Source: Xanthomonas campestris pv. campestris str. ATCC 33913 (lineage in GTDB: Bacteria > Pseudomonadota > Gammaproteobacteria > Xanthomonadales > Xanthomonadaceae). From it: DNA of 32,000 bases. This document shows positions 8,886 to 17,482 of the stretch, one piece after another. The position numbers were made by a program, and so were the translations under genes. Positions within the stretch are counted from its first letter, which is position 1. Each line of letters opens with the position of its first letter. Under the pieces are notes generated by a model that made no database searches, was not told where the DNA came from, and was given only the letters and a program-made list of their open reading frames with translations. The DNA lies in NCBI RefSeq assembly GCF_000007145.1, contig NC_003902.1, forward strand, positions 2,906,497 through 2,938,496. The letters are read 5' to 3'.

Positions 8886-10310
8886 TCAGTTCAACCGCGA
8901 CTCCGGAGCAGGACCACGCAGGAAGTAGCGAACCAGAGCCACAGCCACGCCCAGGAATACGCCAAAGATCAGGCCCAACGCGAGGTTCAATTTGAGTTTC
9001 GGCGAAGTCTTAGACGTAGGCACGTCTGCGGTATCGACGATGGTCACGTTGTTGGCGCCCACGTTGCTCGCCACGCCGATTTCCTTGTAGCGCTGCAGGA
9101 GCGCATCGTAGAGCTGGCGGTTGGTGTCGACGTCGCGCTTGAGCATGTTGTAGCGGATGCTGCGGCTCTGCAGATCCAGCTCATTGGTCCGCAGACCAGC
9201 GATGCGATCGTTGAGCAGCTGCTCCTGATGCACGGAGGCGTCGTAGGTCGCCTTCAGCGACTGACGGATATTGATGACCTCGCCATTGATCTGACGACGC
9301 GACTCTTCGATCTGCGCCTTGAGGCGCTGCATCTCCGGGTAATCCGGCTTGAAGGTCGACAGTTTCTGCTGGTACTCGCTGGTCAGACGCACCTGCTCGC
9401 TGCGCAGGCTCTGAATCAGCGGGCTGCTCAACACCTGCGGCAATGACATGCCATCGCCACTGGAAGCCTGCCGCCAAGCGGACTCGGCCTTGATCCGGGA
9501 GTCCTGTGCGGATGCCAGCAAAGCATTGAGATCGGTCAGGTTCTGCGCAGGCAGCGAGGGCTTGTCGTCGCCAACCGACACGATCTGCTCTTCGGTCGAA
9601 TACGAGACCAGATCCTTTTCAGAGTCTTCGACCTTCTCGCGCAACTGCTTCAGGCGCTCGGCCAGAAACTGTGTCGCAAACGAAGACGCCTTCATGCGGC
9701 GTTCCTGGGTGCTGACGATGAACACCTTCGGGTACGTGTTGGCGATCTTGGCAGCCAGCACCGGGTCTGGCGAATCGTAATTGACGTACACCAGACGCGA
9801 GTTGAGGATTGGCTCGACCACCAGCCCGGCGAGCAACGTATCGGTGAGGCTGCGCTCGACGATCGCCTGCCGCGAATCGAGCGACTTACCCGCCTCGGGA
9901 TTCTTTTCGGCGGCCTTGGCCAGCGCCTCGTCCACCTGTTCCTTGAACGCCGGCTCCTGATCGAGCTTGGCTTCCCGGATCACCGCACGCGCCAGCGAAC
10001 GGCTCTGCAGCAACTGGTACTGGGTCTGGTAGAAATCGCGATCCTGCGGCGATTCCACCGGCATCAGGTTGTCGACGTTCACCACGTTGAGCGAGTCACG
10101 CTCGATCTGCAGCGTGCTGGTGGCGCGGTACTTCTCGGGCATCAACATCGTGATGCCGAATGCCAGCAACAGCGCGCCGACGGCGATCAGGATGATCAGC
10201 CAGAGCTGCGAGACCAAGGCGCGCCAGTAGTCCATCAAGCCGACATCTGCCAGTTCCAGATGACCATGACGCTGCGACGAAGAGGAACGATTGTCGGAAT
10301 TCATACTCAT
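8886..10310 (-). CDS. gumC: GumC, polysaccharide co-polymerase (Wzc/PCP-like, no kinase domain) of the xanthan export machinery
   Basis: ORF track 8886..10367 starts at a GTG. I prefer ATG 10310 (MSMNSDNRSSSS...), which overlaps the gumB stop as ATGA. It has an N-terminal TM (LWLIILIAVGALLLAFGITML), a long coiled-coil-like periplasmic region and a C-terminal TM (LNLALGLIFGVFLGVAVALV). The exact start is uncertain. Confidence 0.85.
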   Translation of the reverse strand: MSMNSDNRSSSSQRHGHLELADVGLMDYWRALVSQLWLIILIAVGALLLAFGITMLMPEKYRATSTLQIERDSLNVVNVDNLMPVESPQDRDFYQTQYQLLQSRSLARAVIREAKLDQEPAFKEQVDEALAKAAEKNPEAGKSLDSRQAIVERSLTDTLLAGLVVEPILNSRLVYVNYDSPDPVLAAKIANTYPKVFIVSTQERRMKASSFATQFLAERLKQLREKVEDSEKDLVSYSTEEQIVSVGDDKPSLPAQNLTDLNALLASAQDSRIKAESAWRQASSGDGMSLPQVLSSPLIQSLRSEQVRLTSEYQQKLSTFKPDYPEMQRLKAQIEESRRQINGEVINIRQSLKATYDASVHQEQLLNDRIAGLRTNELDLQSRSIRYNMLKRDVDTNRQLYDALLQRYKEIGVASNVGANNVTIVDTADVPTSKTSPKLKLNLALGLIFGVFLGVAVALVRYFLRGPAPESRLN

Positions 10311-11005
10311 CGGTAAGCGCGCCACACCATCACCAAGGGGGTCAGTTCCAGCATGGTGCGCAACCACACGCGCGCATCCGAGCGATACACCACGACAATG
10401 TCGCCGCCATAGATCTCAGGATCCGGATTGGCCCCCTTCTCGATCTCGGTCAGGTCGAACCGCGCAATCATTTTTTGCCCGTTGACCATGCGGAACACGA
10501 TCACGTTGCCGCGACTTGCCACCGTGCTGACACCCTTGGCCTGCGCGATCGCCTGCTGCAAGGTGAGGTTGGCGCCGATCACCGGGTAGATGCCCGGCTC
10601 GTCCACTGCACCAGTGACCGTGACGCGACGCCCGTTGGACTCCTGCACGAACACCGAAATCTGCGGCTGCTGAAGGTAGCCAGCGCGATACCGATCGGCG
10701 ACCAGCTTTTCCAGTTCGCCAACGCCCAGACCGGCGGCCTTGACGTCGCCAATCAACGGCAATGAGATGTGACCGTTCTGGTCGATGCGGACCTGCCGCT
10801 CCAGATCGTCGATCTGAAACACCTTCACCAGCAACAGATCGCCCGGTGCAAGACGGTATTCGGGCTGCACCGTGGACATTGCCAGCGGGTCCGGATGCGG
10901 CAGCGAAGACGCCATCTCCGGGCCGGTACTGCAAGCGCCCAGCGACATCGAGCAGAGCAGAGCCAGGCTGAGGCCTTGGCAGAGTCGTCCGATCAGTTTC
11001 TTCAT
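10307..11005 (-). CDS. gumB: GumB, Wza-like outer-membrane polysaccharide export (OPX) lipoprotein
   Basis: ORF track 10307..11182. Start placed at ATG 11005 (MKKLIGRLCQGLSLALLCSMSLGAC...), which gives a lipoprotein signal peptide with lipobox LGAC. A Poly_export type core is present (YRLAPGDLLLVKVFQIDDLERQVRIDQNGHISLPLIGDVKAAG). Confidence 0.88.
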   Translation of the reverse strand: MKKLIGRLCQGLSLALLCSMSLGACSTGPEMASSLPHPDPLAMSTVQPEYRLAPGDLLLVKVFQIDDLERQVRIDQNGHISLPLIGDVKAAGLGVGELEKLVADRYRAGYLQQPQISVFVQESNGRRVTVTGAVDEPGIYPVIGANLTLQQAIAQAKGVSTVASRGNVIVFRMVNGQKMIARFDLTEIEKGANPDPEIYGGDIVVVYRSDARVWLRTMLELTPLVMVWRAYR

Positions 11006-11435
11006 GCGTGTAGCTGGCTGCCTCTGTTGGGTGGGACAGGACCTCGCGCAGCATTCAACCGGCTCAGGCGCCAGCACGAACGTACGACAGGAAGTTGCAT
11101 CCCGACACGTGCCGGGACCAACATTGAATCGCGTGTTGCAGTGCACTATGGCATAGAACGAACACATCGCAAGGCACAACACGCCATTTTTTTGACGGCG
11201 TTGGCCTATTGATTCAAGTTCGTCGCCTCGACGTTAAGAGAACGTGACCCGGGTCGTCATTCTCAGCATACGAACTCTAGCGTTTCCGGGCACTTACGGA
11301 CGCCTACCGATCTCGACATGTAGCAGCCTGAACCGCAAAATAATTGCGCACAGGACTTGCATATGCCGCCTTGCAATATGCCGTTGCGCATAGTGACATA
11401 GCTTGGAATGCCATCGAACTGACATGTTGCGACGC
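11006..11435 (-). promoter_or_regulatory. gum operon upstream/leader region (main gum promoter expected here)
   Basis: A 430-bp non-coding, AT-richer stretch lies between the tRNA terminator and gumB. The main gum promoter is known to lie upstream of gumB. I could not pin down convincing -35/-10 hexamers by eye. It contains tandem TTGCA(A)TATGCC repeats at 11356-11395 and the CGCAA-AATAA-TTGCG palindrome at 11334-11348. Confidence 0.5.
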
Positions 11436-11468
11436 AACAAAAAGGCCCACGTCTTGCGACATGGGCCT
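11436..11468 (-). terminator. Rho-independent terminator of tRNA-Pro
   Basis: Minus strand reads AGGCCCATGTC-GCAA-GACGTGGGCCT, an 11-bp stem with one G-U pair and a GCAA tetraloop. TTTTTGTT follows. It starts 6 nt after the tRNA CCA end. Confidence 0.8.
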
Positions 11469-11474
11469 GTTGTT

Positions 11475-11551
11475 TGGTCGGGGTAGCCGGATTCGAACCG
11501 ACGACCACTAGTCCCCCAGACTAGTGCGCTACCAGGCTGCGCTATACCCCG
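11475..11551 (-). tRNA. tRNA-Pro (anticodon GGG), 77 nt with encoded CCA
   Basis: Minus strand reads CGGGGTATAGCGCAGCCTGGTAGCGCACTAGTCTGGGGGACTAGTGGTCGTCGGTTCGAATCCGGCTACCCCGACCA. It folds by hand into a cloverleaf: acceptor CGGGGTA/TACCCCG, D stem GCGC/GCGC, anticodon stem CTAGT/ACTAG with loop CTGGGGG, and T loop TTCGAAT. Confidence 0.93.
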
Positions 11552-11584
11552 AAGATGTTGCGTCCCGCCCTGAGGCGGCCTGCG

Positions 11585-11590
11585 ATTATA
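11585..11590 (-). promoter_or_regulatory. Candidate -10 box (TATAAT) for tRNA-Pro
   Basis: A perfect TATAAT on the minus strand lies about 33 nt upstream of the mature tRNA 5' end. No good -35 is seen (AGGAAA/TAGGAA at 17-18 nt). Confidence 0.35.
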
Positions 11591-11611
11591 GCGGCTTTAT
11601 GCGGCGCTTTC

Positions 11612-11968
11612 CTAGCGTCGCAGCAGCTGCAGGACTTCTTCAAGCTCCATGCGCACCTGCTTGATGATCTGATTGCTCAGCGCTGACTCGCTCTTGGCCC
11701 CATCCCCTTCAAGACGCAGACGCGCGCCCCCGATGGTGTAACCCTGCTCGTACAGCAGGCCACGAATCTGCCGCACCATCAGCACATCGTGCCGCTGGTA
11801 GTAGCGTCGGTTGCCGCGCCGCTTGACTGGCTCCAGGCTCGGAAATTCGGTTTCCCAATAGCGCAGCACGTGCGGCTTGACGTCGCACAGCTCGCTCACC
11901 TCACCGATGGTGAAGTAGCGCTTGGCCGGAATCGGCGGTAGCTCGCGATTACTGCCCGGATCCAGCAT
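11612..11968 (-). CDS. MerR-family HTH transcriptional regulator (conserved small gene downstream of ihfA)
   Basis: ORF track 118 aa with an N-terminal MerR-type HTH ([28 protein letters not shown]...[30 protein letters not shown]). It overlaps the ihfA 3' end by 20 nt. Confidence 0.8.
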   Translation of the reverse strand: MLDPGSNRELPPIPAKRYFTIGEVSELCDVKPHVLRYWETEFPSLEPVKRRGNRRYYQRHDVLMVRQIRGLLYEQGYTIGGARLRLEGDGAKSESALSNQIIKQVRMELEEVLQLLRR

Positions 11969-12248
11969 AAGCCTCCACCCGTTCCTTGAGTTTCTGGCCG
12001 GGGCGGAAGGTCACCACCGTCCTGGCCGAGATCGGAATTTCCTCACCGGTCTTGGGATTGCGACCGGGCCGTTGGTTCTTGCGCCGCAGATCGAAGTTGC
12101 CGAAGCCCGACAACTTCACCTGACGGCCCTGCTCCAGTGCATCGCGCAGCACATCGAAAAACGCGTCGACGAATTCCTTCGCCTCACGCTTGTTCAGGCC
12201 GACTTCGTCGAACAGACGCTCGGCCATCTCCGCTTTCGTCAATGCCAT
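11949..12248 (-). CDS. ihfA: Integration host factor alpha subunit
   Basis: ORF track 99 aa, [88 protein letters not shown]. This is a classic IHF-alpha sequence, and it follows pheT as in other gamma-proteobacteria. Confidence 0.95.
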   Translation of the reverse strand: MALTKAEMAERLFDEVGLNKREAKEFVDAFFDVLRDALEQGRQVKLSGFGNFDLRRKNQRPGRNPKTGEEIPISARTVVTFRPGQKLKERVEAYAGSGQ

Positions 12249-12268
12249 GCCAATCCCCTGTTACCGCC

Positions 12269-14644
12269 TCAACCCCGGATCCGGGCGCGATGTTCGCGCT
12301 CGATCACGGCCACCACATCGGCGACGACCGCATCCACGTCCCGGTCGGTGAGAGTGCGCGAGTTATCCTGCAAAATCAAGCCCATAGCCAGACTCTTGAA
12401 ACCTGGCTCGACCCCTTGACCCACATACCGGTCGAACAACTGCACCTCGCGCAGCAACGGGCCGACACTGGTGCGCACGCTTGCAGACAGCGCCGCCCAG
12501 CTCACCGCATCGGGCACCAGGAAGGCCAGGTCGCGACGCATCGAGGGGTAACGCGAGAGCTCGCCAGCACGTGGCAGCGCCCGCTTCACCAGCGGCGCAA
12601 GCTGCAGCTCGAACGCGATGACGTCCACGTCGATGTCCAGGGACTTGGCCAGGCGCGGGTGCACCTGGCCGATCCAGCCAATGCATACCCCATCGCGATA
12701 GATGTCGGCGGACCGGCCCGGGTGACCGAATGGCTGCGTGGACGGCTGGAATTCCAGCACCGCGCCGCTGGCCGCAGCCAGGGCCAGCAAATCGCCCTTC
12801 AGATCGTGGAAATCGACCTTGCGCGCTGGCTCACCCCATTGCAGCGCCAGTGCATCGCCGCAGACAGCCGCAGCCACCTGCTGCGACTCGACCGGCGCAT
12901 CGCCAGGGCCTGCAGCGGAGAACACCTTGCCCAGTTCGAACAAGCGCACCCGCCCAACCTGCCGCGCAACGTTACGCCCCAGGGTGGCCACCAGGCCCGG
13001 CAACAACCGTGGGCGCATCACCGCAAGCTCGGCGCTCAGCGGATTGGCCAGCGGCACCACGCCATCGGTCAGTTGCCAGCGCTCCAGCAATGCGGCATCG
13101 ACGAAGGCGTAGTTGATGGTTTCCTGCAACTCGCGCGCCACCAGCTGGCGGCGCACGCTGAGCTCGTCCAGCTGCGTTTCGCTGGGCATGGCGATGCGGC
13201 TGGCGCCACCGGGCAAGGTGGTCGGCACACGGTCGTAGCCGTGGATGCGCGCCAGCTCTTCGATCAGGTCCTCTTCGATCGCGATGTCGAAGCGGCGGCT
13301 CGGCGCCGTCACTTGCCAGCCGTCTGCAGCCGCCTCGACGTGCATGCCCAACGCGGTCAGGATCCGCGCCACGTCCGCATCGTCGATCTGGATACCGAGC
13401 ACGCGCGCGATGCGCGCACGCCGCAACAGAATCGACGCCGGTTGCGGCAGATGGTGCGGCAGCGCGGCGTCCACCACCGGCCCGGGCATGCCACCGGCCA
13501 GCTCCAGCACCAAGCGCGTCGCGACTTCGATCGCCTGCGGTGCCAGCGCCGGATCCACGCCACGCTCGAAACGATGACCGGCATCGGTGTGCAGACCAAG
13601 CTTGCGGCCGCGGCCCATGATCGCGGCCGGATCGAAATATGCCGACTCCAGAAACACATTGCGCGTGGTGTTGGTGACGCGCGTGTCCAGCCCGCCCATC
13701 AAGCCGGCCAGTGCCACCGGGCGATCTGCGTCGGTGATGGTGAGGAAGCTGTCGTCCAGCGTGACCTCACGGCCATCGAGCAATGCCAGTTGCTCGCCAG
13801 CACGCGAGCGCCGCACGCCAACCGGCCCATGCAGCGTATCCAGGTCGAAGGCATGCATCGGCTGGCCGAGCTCCAGCATCACGTACTGGGTGATATCCAC
13901 CAGCAACGACACCGGGCGCACGCCACTGCGACGCAGACGCTCGGCCATCCACACCGGCGTAGTCGCCGCAGGATCGATGCCTTCGATCACCCGCCCGCAA
14001 TAGCGCGGCGCCTCGCTGCCGGCATTGAGCTCGACCGCGAGCGTGCGCGTCGATACAGGCGCCACGGCAGCCGCATCAAAGGCGGCGACTTCGCTGGCGC
14101 AGGCAGCCGCCACGTCAAAGGCAATACCGCGCACGCTGAAGCAGTCGGCGCGGTTGGGGGTGAGCTTGATTTCGATGCTGGCATCGGGCAAACCGAGATA
14201 CTCGGCCAGCGCCTGGCCCACCGGCGCATCGTCCGGCAGCTCGAACAGGCCCGAGGCGTCGCTGTCCAGGCCAAGCTCCTTGGCCGAGCACAACATGCCA
14301 TTGGACGCCACACCGCGCAGCTTGGCCGCCTTGATCGTCAGCTCGCCGATCTGCGCACCGACCAGGGCCAGTGGCGCGACCAGGCCAGCGCGCGCATTGG
14401 GCGCACCGCAGACGATCTGCAGCAACTCGCCCTGCCCCGCGTCGACGCTGCACACCTGCAGGCGATCGGCCTCCGGATGGCGCACCGCCGCGATGATCCG
14501 CGCCACCACCACCTGGCCCAGCGCATCACCCAGCGGCGTGACCGCTTCGACTTCCAGGCCAATGGCCGTCAGCGTCGCGGCAAGCTCCTCGCGGCTCGCC
14601 TGGATCGGAACGTGGCTACGCAGCCAATTTTCTGAGAATTTCAT
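12269..14644 (-). CDS. pheT: Phenylalanine--tRNA ligase beta subunit
   Basis: ORF track 791 aa. The MKFSENWLRSHV... N-terminus resembles E. coli PheT (MKFSELWLREWV). tRNA-binding, B3/4, B5 and FDX-ACB regions are recognisable. Confidence 0.95.
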   Translation of the reverse strand: MKFSENWLRSHVPIQASREELAATLTAIGLEVEAVTPLGDALGQVVVARIIAAVRHPEADRLQVCSVDAGQGELLQIVCGAPNARAGLVAPLALVGAQIGELTIKAAKLRGVASNGMLCSAKELGLDSDASGLFELPDDAPVGQALAEYLGLPDASIEIKLTPNRADCFSVRGIAFDVAAACASEVAAFDAAAVAPVSTRTLAVELNAGSEAPRYCGRVIEGIDPAATTPVWMAERLRRSGVRPVSLLVDITQYVMLELGQPMHAFDLDTLHGPVGVRRSRAGEQLALLDGREVTLDDSFLTITDADRPVALAGLMGGLDTRVTNTTRNVFLESAYFDPAAIMGRGRKLGLHTDAGHRFERGVDPALAPQAIEVATRLVLELAGGMPGPVVDAALPHHLPQPASILLRRARIARVLGIQIDDADVARILTALGMHVEAAADGWQVTAPSRRFDIAIEEDLIEELARIHGYDRVPTTLPGGASRIAMPSETQLDELSVRRQLVARELQETINYAFVDAALLERWQLTDGVVPLANPLSAELAVMRPRLLPGLVATLGRNVARQVGRVRLFELGKVFSAAGPGDAPVESQQVAAAVCGDALALQWGEPARKVDFHDLKGDLLALAAASGAVLEFQPSTQPFGHPGRSADIYRDGVCIGWIGQVHPRLAKSLDIDVDVIAFELQLAPLVKRALPRAGELSRYPSMRRDLAFLVPDAVSWAALSASVRTSVGPLLREVQLFDRYVGQGVEPGFKSLAMGLILQDNSRTLTDRDVDAVVADVVAVIEREHRARIRG

Positions 14645-14652
14645 GGGGAGCC

Positions 14653-14768
14653 GGGAAAAGAGAATAGGGAATCGGGAATCGCAGCAGCGGGAGGTCTTCG
14701 GGGATCTGGAAGGTGAGCCAGGAGCGCGCTTGGCTGCTCCGATTCTCTATTCCCTATTCCCGATTTCC
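14653..14768. repeat. 116-bp imperfect palindromic (REP/MITE-like) element built from GGGAATC-type heptamers, filling the pheS-pheT spacer
   Basis: Arms 14653-14688 and 14733-14768 are inverted repeats, with 29/36 positions complementary by hand alignment. Each arm is made of tandem 7-mers (GAGAATA GGGAATC GGGAATC). Confidence 0.75.
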
Positions 14769-14773
14769 TGCCC

Positions 14774-15796
<1,023 letters not shown>

Positions 15797-15889
15797 TCAC
15801 CTGCTCAGCCGAACGAACTCCCGGACTGCACCGGGCCGCCTTGCACACCTGGAAGCCGTACCGCGCGTTGCTGCGGTGGCCGCTCCCTG

Positions 15890-15923
15890 AAACGCAAAAG
15901 GGGAAGGACTCGCGCCCTTCCCC
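15890..15923 (-). terminator. Intrinsic terminator between rplT and pheS (rplT terminator and/or pheST attenuator)
   Basis: Minus strand reads GGGGAAGG-GCGCGAGT-CCTTCCCC, an 8-bp stem, followed by TTTTGCGTTT. It lies about 105 nt upstream of the pheS ATG. Confidence 0.7.
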
Positions 15924-16083
15924 CTGCATATCTGCGTTTCCCTCACCGAAGCCCTGCACACGACGATGCGAAGACTTACGGTGATCTGCCCTCTTCAACA
16001 ACCGCACATAGTGTGGGTTGCTGTTGTGGACTCTCTCTTCAAGCGTCCGCACATAGGTGCGAGGCCTGCAGAGGGACCTGCAT

Positions 16084-16443
16084 TTACGCTGCCAGCGCGC
16101 CCTTTGCTTTCTCGGCCAGCGCGGCAAAGCCGGCGGCGTCGTGCACGGCGATATCAGCCAGCACCTTACGGTCCAGGGTGATACCAGCCTTGAGCATGCC
16201 ATTCATGAAACGGCTGTAGCTCAAGCCGTTGATGCGGGCAGCCGCGTTGATGCGGGTGATCCACAGCGAACGGAAATTACGCTTCTTCTGCTTGCGGCCG
16301 ATGTAGGCGTACTGCTGTGCCTTGATGACGGCCTGCTTGGCAACGCGGAACACCTTGCGGCGTGCGTTGTAGTAACCCTTTGCCAGGGTCAGAATTTTCT
16401 TGTGGCGGCGACGCGCCTGTACGCCACGCTTTACTCGTGCCAT
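16084..16443 (-). CDS. rplT: 50S ribosomal protein L20
   Basis: ORF track 119 aa, [70 protein letters not shown]... Confidence 0.97.
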
Positions 16444-16453
16444 GGGTCAGTCC

Positions 16454-16651
16454 TCAGAGGTAGGGAAGCATACGGTCAAGACGGCCAGCGTCCTCGGCAC
16501 GGACGTGATTCGTCTGCCGCAGGTTGCGCTTCCGCTTGGTCGCTTTCTTCGTGAGGATGTGGCTACGGTTTGCGTGGCCGCACTTGTACTTGCCGGAGGC
16601 GGTCTTGCGGAAACGCTTGGCCGCCGCCCGGTTGGTCTTGATCTTGGGCAT
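16454..16651 (-). CDS. rpmI: 50S ribosomal protein L35
   Basis: ORF track 65 aa, [45 protein letters not shown]... The SD AAGGA lies upstream. It ends 10 nt before rplT. Confidence 0.97.
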
Positions 16652-16891
16652 TGCTATGTCCTTGATGGTGTTTTGTCACTGACACGGGCGGCAGCCTTGT
16701 GGCCACGCTTTCCATCCTTGCCCTTGCCTGCTTGTAAGCCCTTGATCGAACACGATCAGGACAGGTCCTGGTACCGCTTGCACAGCTCCCCGGCAAAACC
16801 GGGCCGCGCAGTATGCCCGTTGCCGGGAATTCTTGCAAATCGTCGCTGTCGCCGCCTGGGCGGCCCCTCTCGGGCCCGCCGCGGCGCAGGA
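16652..16891 (-). promoter_or_regulatory. 240-nt structured infC-rpmI spacer; candidate L20 autoregulatory leader / internal promoter region
   Basis: The gap is long for this operon. It contains a nested hairpin at 16789-16827 (CCCGGCAA..CGGGC-loop-GCCCG..TTGCCGGG) and a GC hairpin just after the infC stop. The functional call is by analogy with E. coli rpmI-rplT control, not by sequence similarity. Confidence 0.3.
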
Positions 16892-17419
16892 TCAGATCTT
16901 CTTCTTGGGCGCGATCATCATGACCATCTGCCGCCCTTCCAGGCGCGGACGGGACTCGATGACAATGTCTTCGCCCAGATCGGCCTCGATCCGTGCCGCC
17001 ATCTCGCGGCCCAGTTCCTGGTGGCTCATTTCGCGGCCACGGAAACGGATGTTGACCTTGACCTTGTCACCCTCTTCCAGGAAACGGCGCATGTTGCGCA
17101 GCTTGATCTGGTAGTCGCCCTCGTCCGTGACCGGACGGAACTTGAGTTCCTTGATCTCGACCTGCTTGGTCTTCTTCTTGGCCTCGTTGGCCTTTTTCTG
17201 CTGCTCGAACTTGAACTTGCCGAAATCCATGATCTTGCAGACCGGCGGATCGGCCTGCGGCTGGATTTCGACCAGATCCAGGCCTTCTTCCTCGGCCTTG
17301 GCGAGCGCTTCGTCGCGCGACAACACGCCGACCATCTCACCGTCACTACCGATCACGCGAACGCGCGGCACACGGATTTCTTGGTTCTTGCGGTTCTGTT
17401 TGTTGTCAGGGGTACTGAT
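16892..17419 (-). CDS. infC: Translation initiation factor IF-3, probable non-AUG (AUC) start
   Basis: ORF track 16892..17371 starts at a GTG and lacks the usual N-terminus. The frame stays open upstream (…[32 protein letters not shown]…). The in-frame ATC at 17419 has GGGAG 8 nt upstream. An in-frame ATT at 17440 is the alternative. No in-frame ATG is available after the TGA at about 17461. Confidence 0.85.
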   Translation of the reverse strand: MSTPDNKQNRKNQEIRVPRVRVIGSDGEMVGVLSRDEALAKAEEEGLDLVEIQPQADPPVCKIMDFGKFKFEQQKKANEAKKKTKQVEIKELKFRPVTDEGDYQIKLRNMRRFLEEGDKVKVNIRFRGREMSHQELGREMAARIEADLGEDIVIESRPRLEGRQMVMMIAPKKKI

Positions 17420-17482
17420 ATTGCAATCTCCCAGGGGAATCGAACCGGCGCATCCGGATCATCCAGACCGGCCGGGGTTGGC

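Noticed and set aside
11263-11508. 81-aa ORF
   Set aside because: It overlaps tRNA-Pro and its terminator. The region is better explained as RNA gene plus promoter region.
11006-11611. Integrase, IS element or att repeat next to the tRNA (mobile island signature)
   Set aside because: No ORF with integrase or transposase character and no inverted terminal repeats were seen. No copy of the tRNA 3' end was visible elsewhere in the window.
12137-14635. 832-aa ORF on the plus strand
   Set aside because: It is exactly antisense to pheT, whose product is unmistakable. The translation is Arg/Ala/His/Gln-rich low-complexity sequence, typical of high-GC shadow ORFs.
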